A stretch of DNA of 35,841 nucleotides from Thermoplasmata archaeon (GCA_020348445.1 CP070751.1:1039309-1075149), one strand, 5' to 3'; counted from the stretch's first letter, positions 18,601 through 27,826 are shown. Notes: generated by a model from the letters alone, not told the origin. A program made the numbers and translations.

Positions 18601-19793
18601 CGATTTCAAGTTGTACAATCCTTAATAGCATCTATGGAGCCTACATTAACAATTCTTCTACATCAATATTGAATTTAAATATTCAGAATACTAATTATGG
18701 GATTCAATTGGACTCATGTAATTTTGATATATTATCAAATATAATTGTCACAAATAGCACCAATGCAATCTATTTTGATAACTCTTCTTTAAATACAATA
18801 TCGAACCTCAACATTCAAAATTCTACTAGTGGAATTCATATAGAGACTAGTAATATTGATACAATATCAAAAATAATAGTCACAAACAGCACCAATGGGA
18901 TCTATATTGATAACTCTTCTTTAACAACAATATCGAACCTAAACATTCAAAATTCTTCTCGTGGGATTTATATAGATTCTAGTAATATTAATACAATCTC
19001 AAAAGTAATGGTCACAAACGGCACTAACGGGGCCTATATTAATAACTCTTCAATAAATACAATATCGGGTCTCGACATTCATAATTCTAATTATGGTATC
19101 TATTTGAATTCTTGCGATGGAATTTATGTTTCGAGTATAAAGATATCAAAAACGACTTATGGAATTTATTTTAATAATTCCAACTCTACTATTGATGGTT
19201 GTACGGTAGAAAATAGCGATTACGGTATTTATAGTAACAATTCTTCCTATGTAAACATCGTCGATGGTACATTCCAAAATGATTTCCTTGATCTATTGAT
19301 GGCCAACTCATATTTTATAACTTTAAATACATACTTCAATGTAACTAGGATTAAGTTTCTTGATCCCTCTTCCTCTTTAACCATAAAATGGTATCTCCAT
19401 GTTCTAGTTGAAGATGTTAATAAATGGCAAATTGAGGGCGCAAATGTCTGGATAAAGGATAATGAAAACGGAACCTTTGACCAGAACTTCACGACGGGTT
19501 CAGATGGCTATGTTTGGTATATTATTCTTACAGAAAGAATACAAAATTTAACCGGAAATGTATCATTTAATCCATACTGGATCAATGTGTCATATTACGA
19601 TCCTATGGAAGGATGGCTCACCTTTACATATAACCCTCGAAATGTTTCAGTAAATGGATCATTATTTGAGATAAGAACAGAAATTTTCCAATCCCTCGAA
19701 GCTATTCCCGAATTCTCCCACATCCTCCTCCCAATAATGGCCATAACAGCCTCTTTTGTGTTCTTCAGAAAGAAACGAAGGAAAATCCAATAA
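15684..19793 (+). CDS. Large surface glycoprotein: two beta-helix blocks, internal GWNL module, C-terminal PEF-CTERM sorting signal
   Basis: NosD-like coils; YPGWNLISLP...NPGWNIVGYPS...GLGYYIY internal; terminal AIPEFSHILLPIMAITASFVFFRKKRRKIQ. Many NxS/T sequons. Start uncertain (15684 or a later ATG). Confidence 0.87.
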   Translation: MTEGNIAVGHQEMKIRNKQIMNNFSLESKQCHIYKNRIDMDEDLHKKDSVLKCKPKFFSQKNIKRTIWAISSVILMFSPLLFPLLGPNHYISPSNEDMNTEKPDITVVPDNMLIFTAEESIKNRESPQIRGTRGYKGTSPPVGDWTITGEATVWNETITLNGDLTVTETGNLTLINVTLKLNCSYNGQYHIEVLGGGGLYIYDYDWNRFTEDDASNITVKDTSYKFLFLVREGSLFEMRNSELSYCGYEWGNNYDHSGLWINTDYTIIEGNLISNSWNGLVFYGSDSNIIDNNTIFHNSVYGILFRSSHYNDITNCKIYSNIYNGIYLYSPSNKNNITNTDIYDNLYHGIALRGASSNNLSNNHIYNNSKRGIILISSSNNIIHNNKVYNNLDHGIYLDSSSNNVISDSYLAYNRIENIHVTTSSHNNLIVNSILNCLQDYDIGISSDSHLISLNTTFNKTKARVLYSGSTLKVQWYVEIKVINHEGIPIKNVTVYVRDNINGNFNKNFTTDVDGVVKRIVLTEYVQEKSKITYFTPHNISAVFYRHFKEYIAYSVPEPWIGSSKTITFRFKISGNNTWPYQILYPGWNLISLPYIQSNSSIIKVLKPLQGYYDAVQLFNSSDTLDQWKHYHISKPSHLNDLEHLNHKLGFWIHITHPNEIHFHLNGTIPSTDQMIELNPGWNIVGYPSIVNRVRDDALNNLELGEDIKIIYYFDAKTKSWESLEADEFMKGGLGYYIYSNNKRIWIVNSTIPPVYNIDKDLFYNTIQEGIDDADELDILEIAGGIFHENVKINKSVILIGEDANRTIVIGGFNVTSNKVYLLDIGIHNSSNAIISNNANEICLSEIEIHDCTYGLWLNNSTDIVADNFIVQDSTYGIYTDFCSGITISNFKVSNGAYGIYLNDSSTTLSNLKISNSIYGVYLDSSEGSSILSSIILNCTYGTYINSSSTTMSDLNISKSIYGINLVSSDESSISSCTILNSIYGAYINNSSTSILNLNIQNTNYGIQLDSCNFDILSNIIVTNSTNAIYFDNSSLNTISNLNIQNSTSGIHIETSNIDTISKIIVTNSTNGIYIDNSSLTTISNLNIQNSSRGIYIDSSNINTISKVMVTNGTNGAYINNSSINTISGLDIHNSNYGIYLNSCDGIYVSSIKISKTTYGIYFNNSNSTIDGCTVENSDYGIYSNNSSYVNIVDGTFQNDFLDLLMANSYFITLNTYFNVTRIKFLDPSSSLTIKWYLHVLVEDVNKWQIEGANVWIKDNENGTFDQNFTTGSDGYVWYIILTERIQNLTGNVSFNPYWINVSYYDPMEGWLTFTYNPRNVSVNGSLFEIRTEIFQSLEAIPEFSHILLPIMAITASFVFFRKKRRKIQ
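18390..19130 (+). repeat. Intragenic tandem repeats, 129-bp then 132-bp period (43-44 aa double coils)
   Basis: TTCTACAAC at 18398 and 18527 (129 bp apart); TCGAACCT at 18801 and 18933 (132 bp apart). Protein ISNLNIQNS..GI.I..SNI.TISK..VTN.TNG.YI.NSS repeated. Confidence 0.8.
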
Positions 19794-19869
19794 TCCCAAA
19801 TCCCTCCCAAACTCAGTAATTATTTAATAGTTACAATCATTTTCACCACCGATTTAGGAGATTGGGGTA

Positions 19870-20676
19870 TTGCCAAAAAAAAAATCAATTCTTGACAGAG
19901 AAACAGTCGAGGGAAAAGATGAATTGAAAATAGACGAGCCAGAAGACATACTGGAAACCGAGCCAGCAAAAAAGAGCAAGGGAGTGATCCTGGCCCAGTT
20001 CTTTGTCCCCTGGGGAATAGCTCTTTTAGTCATCGCCTGCCTCTTTGTTTTCCTTTCAACTGACAAGTTCGCCACCCTGGGATTCTGGATGCTGGTCTAT
20101 TTCTTTCCACCCTTTGGCAAGGAATCTGTAATTCCCCTTGCCATTGCAGGGGACAGGCTCGAAGGTGCGGTTCCCTTCGAATACCCTGAAGGGTTCGTTG
20201 CAATCGAACCCTGGCTTATCGCACTGGCAGTTGCGTTTTTGGACATCATCGTGGGTCTGTTCTTGATCTGGAACTTCGATTTTGTAGAGAAGATACCCCT
20301 TATGGGCAAATACATAGCCAAATTGGAGAAAAAGGGCAGCACAATTCTAAAAGAGAACAAATTCATCAGGGCATTATCATTTGTTGGCGTGGTGCTGTTC
20401 GTCATGTTCCCGTTCCAGGGAAGTGGAGGGGTGGGAGCCTCAATTGTAGGCAGGGCCATTGGTATGAATCCCTACAAGGTGTGGGGGGCCATCATAATCG
20501 GTGCATTATCAGGCTGCTTCCTCATAGCCTATGCTGCCGATTCCTTCTTTGCAGTATTCTTACAAAATCCTATTATAGGCATCCTTATATTGGTTGTGAT
20601 AGTTGTTGTGGCAGCATTTATGATCCTAAGAAAGCGAAAGAAAAAAGAGAATAATGAAGATACTAATGAAGATTAA
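19870..20676 (+). CDS. Small multidrug export family membrane protein (COG2426/PF06695-like)
   Basis: Multiple TMs; FFPPFGKESVIPLAI, LFVMFPFQGSGGVGASIVGRAIGM. TTG start with GGAG RBS. Confidence 0.8.
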   Translation: MPKKKSILDRETVEGKDELKIDEPEDILETEPAKKSKGVILAQFFVPWGIALLVIACLFVFLSTDKFATLGFWMLVYFFPPFGKESVIPLAIAGDRLEGAVPFEYPEGFVAIEPWLIALAVAFLDIIVGLFLIWNFDFVEKIPLMGKYIAKLEKKGSTILKENKFIRALSFVGVVLFVMFPFQGSGGVGASIVGRAIGMNPYKVWGAIIIGALSGCFLIAYAADSFFAVFLQNPIIGILILVVIVVVAAFMILRKRKKKENNEDTNED

Positions 20677-20689
20677 GGGAGAGATAAAG

Positions 20690-21646
20690 ATGAAACTCGA
20701 GAACAAGAAGATATTGATTACAGGCGGTGCAGGCTTCATCGGAAGCCATCTTGTAGACAAACTCGTTGGCATGGGAAACGAAATCGTGGTTGTGGATAAC
20801 CTTGCAGCTGGAAAGATCGAATTTCTAAGCAATTGCAGAGATAAAATCCAAATTGAGAACGTGGATCTTGGGGAGCCGGAGGCCCTATCACCTGTTTTAG
20901 AGGGAAGCGACGTTGTTGTTCACCTTGCTGCCAATCCCATGGTCAATATAGGGGATGACGAAACAAGACTGCATATCGACTCAAATATAATGCTCACGTT
21001 CAATTTACTGGAATGCATGCGTAAAAATGATGTTTCGACGCTGGCCTTTGCCTCGACATCCACTGTATACGGTGAACCCACAGAAGTTCCCACACCCGAA
21101 ACCTACGGACCTCTAATACCCCTTTCTCTTTATGCGGCTTCAAAACTCTCATGCGAGGCCATGATCTCTGCTTACTGCTACATCTACGGCATGCGCACCG
21201 TGATGTACCGCTTCGCCAATGTCATAGGGCCCAGAAGCACACACGGTGTGATATTCGACTTTGTGAATAAGCTCAAGGCAAATCCAAATGCCCTGGAGAT
21301 CTTGGGAAGGGAACCAGGCACAAGAAAATCCTACATCCACATCGCAGACTGCGTAGGAGGCATTGTCCATGCTTTCGAGAACTCGCAGGAGAGGGTGGGG
21401 ATATTCAATGTGGGCTCAGAAGATTCCATTGATGTCAGGACCATCGCAGATATTGTGTGCAAAGAGCTGAACCTAAAGGACGTCAATTACAAGTGGACAG
21501 GGGGAGTGGACGACGGAAGGGGTTGGAAGGGTGATGTCAAGACCATGCTTTTGGACATCGATAAATTAAAAGGACTGGGATGGAGGCCGTTACACAATAG
21601 TTCCGAGGCAGTGGGACTAACGGCGAAAGAACTGGCCAAAGGTTAA
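20690..21646 (+). CDS. NAD-dependent NDP-sugar epimerase/dehydratase (extended SDR, UDP-glucose 4-epimerase-like)
   Basis: ITGGAGFIGSHLVD, FASTSTVYGE, YAASK, RFANVIGPR, GWKGDV. Start moved to ATG 20690 after GGAGAG. Confidence 0.92.
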   Translation: MKLENKKILITGGAGFIGSHLVDKLVGMGNEIVVVDNLAAGKIEFLSNCRDKIQIENVDLGEPEALSPVLEGSDVVVHLAANPMVNIGDDETRLHIDSNIMLTFNLLECMRKNDVSTLAFASTSTVYGEPTEVPTPETYGPLIPLSLYAASKLSCEAMISAYCYIYGMRTVMYRFANVIGPRSTHGVIFDFVNKLKANPNALEILGREPGTRKSYIHIADCVGGIVHAFENSQERVGIFNVGSEDSIDVRTIADIVCKELNLKDVNYKWTGGVDDGRGWKGDVKTMLLDIDKLKGLGWRPLHNSSEAVGLTAKELAKG

Positions 21647-21712
21647 ATATACGTAGTTGCCATAATACGAGCCAATCCGCCCAAAATCACCTAATAGAAA
21701 GGGAGGCAACTT

Positions 21713-24700
21713 ATGGCCGGACGGCCAAAACAGATATCAAAAAAATTTCTTGATAAGAAAATCAGCCCAATGCTCATTCTCTTAGGGATTGTGCTGATGA
21801 TACTTTTGGGCGGCATGCAGATCTTAAACACAGTGCCCCCTTCTATCCAAGGTGATGAGGATGTCCATTTTAATGAAGAGCAAACTGAACCACCAATCCC
21901 ACAATCCGAAAGAACAAGAAGATCCACACGCTCAGATCCTGAGTATTACGATTTGATCAACTATGACGATGTGCTAGTGATAAGGAACCTCAACTCTCCC
22001 ATGTCCATGCAGATCGCAGATTATTTTCAGGCAAAAAGAAATATCTCGAACGTGAACATATGCAACATCACAGCCCCCACAACCGAGACTATAAACCGTG
22101 ATACGTTCAACAACACAATAAAAAATCCTGTAGAAGATTATATGGTAGATAACATGCTTGTAAACAAAATAAACTACATAGTCACAACAAAGGGCGTGCC
22201 CCTAAGGATATCCCAAAACACCCACACCTGGGATCGGGCATGTGTGGATTCTGATTTGGCTCTTATCCTAGGGGTAAACCAAGGTTTCATTGGTCAACCG
22301 TACTGGTATAACAATCCTTACTTTGACCCTGATCCTTATGAGGAATTCTCGGCTGTAAAATACCAATTTTTTCTCGTAACAAGACTCACAGGATATAATT
22401 TTGACGATATAAAAGCCCTGATAGACAAGCCTGAGCTTGCAATTGGGAGGCAAGGCACATTTGTTTTTGATGTGGACCCTGGAAAGGATGATGGAGGGGG
22501 GTACCAGGTAGGAAACGACTGGATGCGGGAGGCCAATGCCACACTCACAGCAAATGGTTTCGATGTGTTCCTTGATGAGACCAACACATTCCTAACAAAC
22601 CAAGTTAACGTCTCAGGGTACACGAGTTGGGGCTCAAACGACGGTCACTATCCAACGAACTCGCTTCTCAATTCAGGTCTTGAGAATGATGCAAATGTTG
22701 ATGATGTACCTGATAACTGGTACTTTGTTAATGAAACAGGTATAGGGACCTGTGAAAGAAACGATACCGAGGTAAGAAACGGGGACTGGTCGGTTAGAAT
22801 TGCTAGGAACGCGACTTCTGGAGGCTCCACATATTTTTACCAGAATTACACTGTCAAGCCCGAGACGAGGTACTACTTGGCAGGTTACGCCAATCTGTCG
22901 AATGTTTCCTCAGGTTTGGGAGCGCATCTGCAGATCAGAGTCTATGATTCAGAAGGAAAAATCGTGCAATACTACAATGGAAGCGCACGCACTGGAACCA
23001 CAACCTCGTGGGTCTCCCTTGGCCAGGTGCATTATGAACCTTTAGACGGTATAACCAATATATCTGTCTGTGTGGTTCTCTCGAAATCCAATGGCACGGC
23101 CTTCTTCGACGATATAAGGCTGTATGAGATTAAGCCGCATAATGATTGGATCCCAGGTGCACTGGCAGAAACCTACGTCTCCACAGGTGGAAGAAGCTTC
23201 AATTATCCAACAGCATATGGTCAATCCCTTGTTGCCGATCTAATACGAGATGGTGTCACAGGTGTCAAAGGCTATGTGTACGAGCCTTTCCTTTCTGCCT
23301 GCGCTCATCCGAACATCCTGTTCGATGCCTACACGCAGGGATTTGGCCTGGCAGAAAGCTATTACATGGCCTCGGAGTTCCTTTCATGGATGGACGTCGT
23401 GGTGGGGGATCCAAAGCTAGCGCCCTACGACCTTGACATCGTGCCTGACCTATCTATAGTTCCCTTGAACATCACATTTTCAGACGACATGCCTCAAACA
23501 GGGGAGGAAATCGATATCATGGTAGTAATTGAAAATCTAGGTCCAACTTCTTGCTCGAATGTGGAGATTAGGTTCTATGTTGGAGATCCTGAAAGTGGTG
23601 GAGTGTACATTGACAGCAGGTTCATGGATATACAAAGCTTGGGCTACAATGTTACCACGGTTTCATGGAACACAACAGGTTACATCGGCGACCACAACAT
23701 CACTATAGTCATCGATCCTGAGAATGTGTACTATGAGGCCACAGAGAGCAACAACATCGCGAACCGTACAATAACTGTTCACACTGGATACCCCATCGCA
23801 GATGCAGGCTCAGATGATTCGGCAATCGAGGATTCACCATATATATTCGATGGCTCGGGCTCCCAGGACAACAGCAGTATCGCAAACTACACCTGGGACT
23901 TTGGAGATGGATTTCTCGGCTATGGTGCGAGTCCCAGTCACAGCTTCACGACATCAGGTGTGCATGTGGTGGTGCTGAATGTAACCAACGTCTTTGGACT
24001 GTGGGACTTGGATATTGTTAATATAACGGTCAGTAACATCCCACCCATAGCCGATGCAGGTGAAGATTTATCTGGCTTCGAAGGAATCGATATCGAATTC
24101 AACGGTTCTGCCTCCACAGACACGCCTTCTGACATTGGTTCCCTCAATTACACGTGGTACTTTGGAGATGGTGAGATCGGATACGGAATAATCGCAACGC
24201 ACGCCTATGATGACAACGGAACCTATGTTGTAACATTAGAGGTTAGGGATGACGATTGGGCAGTAAATTCTGACACAATGAACGTCACCCCGGAAAATTC
24301 CCCTCCTATAATTGAGCCGCAACCTCCTCATGTTCTTATGGAAGATTTGCTTTTCACCCTTGATATCAGTGCATCAGATGTCAGCGGCGATACCATCACG
24401 TTCTTTGACAACTCTAGCATGTTCGTAATCGATCCTGGGACAGGAATTATATCTTTTACTCCCGAAAATGAGGATGTGGGTGTTCATGTGATAAACATAA
24501 CAGCCATGGACGAGGATGGTGGCTTAAGCTTCATAGTGCTCGATTTAACTGTGGAAAATACAAACGATCCTCCCTATATCGTCTCATCTCCAATAACAGA
24601 GGCCACTGAAGAGATCCTTTATCAGTATGATGTCATCGTCGAGGACGATGATTTCTTGGTTTCATCAGAGGAGATATTCTATTCCCTAGATCTTGCGCCA

Positions 24701-26485
24701 TCAGGGATGGAAATAAACTCCACAGGATCCATTACCTGGGTGCCGTCAGATCTTCAGGCTTCCCTTTCCTTTGATGTGATCGTGAATGTGTCTGATGGTG
24801 AGGTATATGACCTGCAAGCATTTACAGTTGATGTGACCAACATAAACGATGGCCCCATTATTATTTCCACACCCGCAACTTCAGCTGAGGAAGATAAATA
24901 CTACACCTATGATGTAAATGCAAGTGATATAGATTTGGGGGATGTTCTGAGCTTTTCCCTCGATATGGCACCACAAGGAATGGATATAGATGAGGCCTCA
25001 GGTGTTATATCGTGGACTCCCACAAATCAGCATGTCGGCAATAATCAAGTAATAGTGAATGTCACAGATATTGCAGGAGCATTCGATACCCAGGAGTTCA
25101 CAGTATCGGTGAGTAATATCAACGATCCACCCCTTCTTGTGCCCATAAACGACCAGGAGGCCACAGAGGACGAGCCTTATTACTATCAAGTAGGAGCGTC
25201 TGATATTGATTTAAATGACGAGTTGAGTTTCTTTGATGATTCAGATTTGTTTTCAATAGATAGGGACACGGGAGAGATATCCTTTACACCAACAAATGAT
25301 GATGTGGGAACGCATATCGTAAACATAACAGTAAAGGACAAGGCAGGGGCCATGGCAAGCCAATTCGTGACATTTGAGATACTCAACACAAACGATCCTC
25401 CTGTACTTGATTTCGTTTCCGACTGGCAGGCAATCGAGGATTCAAAATTCACATTGACTGTAACGGCCTCGGATATGGATATAGGTTATTCTTTAACGTT
25501 CTTTGACAATACCACCTTATTCAATATCGATGCGCAAACTGGTGAGATCTCTTTTACACCCATAAACGATGATGTGGGTGTGTACGTGGTGAACATCTCA
25601 GTTGCGGACGAGTTGGGAGGCATCGACTATCAGACTGTGATATTTTATGTCAGGAACATAAACGATCCTCCAATTTTGAACTTCATAGATGACTGCCAGG
25701 CAACCCAGGAGGTGGAATTCACTAAAACTGTAACTGCATCTGATGTGGACTATGGGGATACTCTTACTTTCAAGGACGATACAACATTATTTGATATAGA
25801 CCCAAATACAGGCGTGATTTCATTCACACCCACAAATTCCGATGTAGGTGTACATACCATAACCATATCTGTTGAGGATGAGGACGGGGATTCAGATGAA
25901 CAGACCATCACATTCACCATCGAAAATGTCAACGATCCTCCAGAAATAGAAATTGACGATAATCTATCCGAGGGATTTAATCTGACCGTAGATAAGGCCT
26001 TCCAATATACGATCATCGCGACCGATGTTGATTACGACGATACTCTGACATTCAGTGATGATACTCCATTGTTCGACATAGATACTATAACAGGCGAAAT
26101 ATCCTTCACTCCAAAAAAGGAGGATATCGGGACGTATAAGGTTACCATCACTGTCACCGATAGCACCGGGGTAGAGGATAAATTGTTGGTGGAATTTAAG
26201 GTAGTTGGTGAAGGGGAGGATGGAGAGGATGGAGGGGATGGAGGAGACGGGGATGTTGGGGGGGAAGAGGACAAAGAGCTTTTAGAATTTCCATGGATCC
26301 TGCTGCTTTTAGTGTTGGTCATTGTAGTTATCCTCTTCTTATTTTTGATGTTGAGGAAAAAAGGCGCCAAACCAGCTCAGCAGATGGCTGTTACCGAGGA
26401 GTATCAGAGACCTTATCCAGAAGCCACTGAAATCCCAGAACCAGTTGTCTATCCGCCTCCGCCCTCGCCTCCTTCTGGTTCCTGA
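21713..26485 (+). CDS. Giant membrane-anchored surface protein: TIGR03790-like domain with inserted carbohydrate-binding module, CARDB, 2 PKD, 7 cadherin-like/He_PIG repeats, TM, Pro-rich tail
   Basis: DVLVIRNLNSPMSMQIADYFQAKRNI, YIVTTKGVPLRI, FLVTRLTG, YTSWGSND, PGALAETYVSTGGRSF, GQSLVADLIRDGVTGVKGYVYEPFL, SWMDVVVGDPKLAPY; NDPP repeats; TM ILLLLVLVIVVILFLFLML then RKK. Confidence 0.88.
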   Translation: MAGRPKQISKKFLDKKISPMLILLGIVLMILLGGMQILNTVPPSIQGDEDVHFNEEQTEPPIPQSERTRRSTRSDPEYYDLINYDDVLVIRNLNSPMSMQIADYFQAKRNISNVNICNITAPTTETINRDTFNNTIKNPVEDYMVDNMLVNKINYIVTTKGVPLRISQNTHTWDRACVDSDLALILGVNQGFIGQPYWYNNPYFDPDPYEEFSAVKYQFFLVTRLTGYNFDDIKALIDKPELAIGRQGTFVFDVDPGKDDGGGYQVGNDWMREANATLTANGFDVFLDETNTFLTNQVNVSGYTSWGSNDGHYPTNSLLNSGLENDANVDDVPDNWYFVNETGIGTCERNDTEVRNGDWSVRIARNATSGGSTYFYQNYTVKPETRYYLAGYANLSNVSSGLGAHLQIRVYDSEGKIVQYYNGSARTGTTTSWVSLGQVHYEPLDGITNISVCVVLSKSNGTAFFDDIRLYEIKPHNDWIPGALAETYVSTGGRSFNYPTAYGQSLVADLIRDGVTGVKGYVYEPFLSACAHPNILFDAYTQGFGLAESYYMASEFLSWMDVVVGDPKLAPYDLDIVPDLSIVPLNITFSDDMPQTGEEIDIMVVIENLGPTSCSNVEIRFYVGDPESGGVYIDSRFMDIQSLGYNVTTVSWNTTGYIGDHNITIVIDPENVYYEATESNNIANRTITVHTGYPIADAGSDDSAIEDSPYIFDGSGSQDNSSIANYTWDFGDGFLGYGASPSHSFTTSGVHVVVLNVTNVFGLWDLDIVNITVSNIPPIADAGEDLSGFEGIDIEFNGSASTDTPSDIGSLNYTWYFGDGEIGYGIIATHAYDDNGTYVVTLEVRDDDWAVNSDTMNVTPENSPPIIEPQPPHVLMEDLLFTLDISASDVSGDTITFFDNSSMFVIDPGTGIISFTPENEDVGVHVINITAMDEDGGLSFIVLDLTVENTNDPPYIVSSPITEATEEILYQYDVIVEDDDFLVSSEEIFYSLDLAPSGMEINSTGSITWVPSDLQASLSFDVIVNVSDGEVYDLQAFTVDVTNINDGPIIISTPATSAEEDKYYTYDVNASDIDLGDVLSFSLDMAPQGMDIDEASGVISWTPTNQHVGNNQVIVNVTDIAGAFDTQEFTVSVSNINDPPLLVPINDQEATEDEPYYYQVGASDIDLNDELSFFDDSDLFSIDRDTGEISFTPTNDDVGTHIVNITVKDKAGAMASQFVTFEILNTNDPPVLDFVSDWQAIEDSKFTLTVTASDMDIGYSLTFFDNTTLFNIDAQTGEISFTPINDDVGVYVVNISVADELGGIDYQTVIFYVRNINDPPILNFIDDCQATQEVEFTKTVTASDVDYGDTLTFKDDTTLFDIDPNTGVISFTPTNSDVGVHTITISVEDEDGDSDEQTITFTIENVNDPPEIEIDDNLSEGFNLTVDKAFQYTIIATDVDYDDTLTFSDDTPLFDIDTITGEISFTPKKEDIGTYKVTITVTDSTGVEDKLLVEFKVVGEGEDGEDGGDGGDGDVGGEEDKELLEFPWILLLLVLVIVVILFLFLMLRKKGAKPAQQMAVTEEYQRPYPEATEIPEPVVYPPPPSPPSGS
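24290..26205 (+). repeat. Seven ~90-aa cadherin-like Ig repeats
   Basis: Recurrent (N)NDPP...ED...ASDxD.GD.L.F.D...LF.ID..TG.ISFTP...DVG.H...I.V.D; five of this type and two APxGMxI...WxP type. Confidence 0.85.
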
Positions 26486-26504
26486 TTGTAAATGTTTTTC
26501 GCGA

Positions 26505-27680
26505 TCATCCCACTATATCGATTATATGGATTTCTGTAGTATCTTCGAAATTGAAACCAAAGTGCAGGGGATCCTCTGATATCAACGCAGGTTCCGCATC
26601 AGCAGGCAGGCCTCCCATGTACAGGCTTCCGGCAGGGTCAGCGGCGAGCCAATGATCATTTTCCTCCTCAAAAACCACGAATTTCGGATCTGTTCCGTAG
26701 AAAAGTCTGATCGCGTCTAGGATTTCATTTTTTGTGGATTCGTCCCCGATGTAAAGCGCAGGGAAGGCATGGGTCTCTGTGAGATAAGCTCTGGTGGTTC
26801 CCCCAATGGCCCCAACCATGGACGAAAATAAAATGGAGAAGTCCTCGCAGTCACCCCCACCCCTATTAAGTGTATCGCTGCAGAACGCCCAGTAATCCCT
26901 TCCCGCAGGATCAGAGATGTACGTGAGATCGTCTCTTATAAAATCAAAAATCGCCAGGACCTGATAAATATTATAGTCACCGGGGTAGGGCGCAATCAAT
27001 TTGGATACCTGTGCTTGAACCTCAGCATTTTCAAAATCTACCCTTTTTTTGAGTTTATCATAGTAGCTCTTGGTGTTGTGGATAATTTCAATATCCTCGG
27101 CATCCTCCAAGGATTCAACATGCAGGATGTTCTCCTTACCGTGGGTTGTTCGGTTATCGTACCAGCTTTCTATGCCATGCTTTTCAAGCAGCTCGTTGTC
27201 CTTTACCAATAGCGATATTATGATATTGTAGCTGTAATCCCCAGCAACATCAGGCGCTTCAACATAAACCAAACCCAACTCCTTCTCCTCATCTTTAGGA
27301 ATCAACACATTTTTTTCCTCGTAAATCCACTCCGAAGGAAAGGACCAGTTGATCTCTATCCCATATCTATAGACGAATATATCATTCTCACCTGTGTTCT
27401 CACAGCTTATTCTGATGAATCCGCCCCATCGTGCATATACATCTCCTAGGGCCCAGTTCAAATTGTAGCTGAAGCCCGGGGGAAGCTGAGATTCATTTAC
27501 ATCGGGCATATCGATTTCTTGATGCGGTGAATAGGAGGGGACCTTGGGTGCAGAAAGGTCGGTTTCGTCGAAACCTTTTCCATATTTCTCCTCTTCATCA
27601 TCGGAAAACCATGTACATCCCGATAGAATCTGAGTTATGAACAATCCCACAAACAGCACAACAAAAATCCTTTGACTCAT
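26505..27680 (-). CDS. Lipoprotein with C-terminal transglutaminase-like (Cys-His-Asp) domain
   Basis: Lipobox ILSG-C; GGGDCEDFSILFSSMVGAIGG, THAFPALYIG, WLAADPA. Confidence 0.85.
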   Translation of the reverse strand: MSQRIFVVLFVGLFITQILSGCTWFSDDEEEKYGKGFDETDLSAPKVPSYSPHQEIDMPDVNESQLPPGFSYNLNWALGDVYARWGGFIRISCENTGENDIFVYRYGIEINWSFPSEWIYEEKNVLIPKDEEKELGLVYVEAPDVAGDYSYNIIISLLVKDNELLEKHGIESWYDNRTTHGKENILHVESLEDAEDIEIIHNTKSYYDKLKKRVDFENAEVQAQVSKLIAPYPGDYNIYQVLAIFDFIRDDLTYISDPAGRDYWAFCSDTLNRGGGDCEDFSILFSSMVGAIGGTTRAYLTETHAFPALYIGDESTKNEILDAIRLFYGTDPKFVVFEEENDHWLAADPAGSLYMGGLPADAEPALISEDPLHFGFNFEDTTEIHIIDIVG

Positions 27681-27812
27681 ACGATCTTCAACAAGATTAT
27701 ATACTGGTCTTAATAAATAAAAGTTTTTATACGGATATCATGGGATATATGGAGCAAGAATAAATTTTTTGCATTCACCAAGAAATAATTATTATTTTTG
27801 GGTATTGGAGCA

Positions 27813-27826
27813 AAAAATATTTAATA
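27813..27826 (+). promoter_or_regulatory. Putative BRE/TATA for the downstream structured RNA
   Basis: A-run followed by TATTTAATA about 25-30 nt upstream of G27849. Confidence 0.4.
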
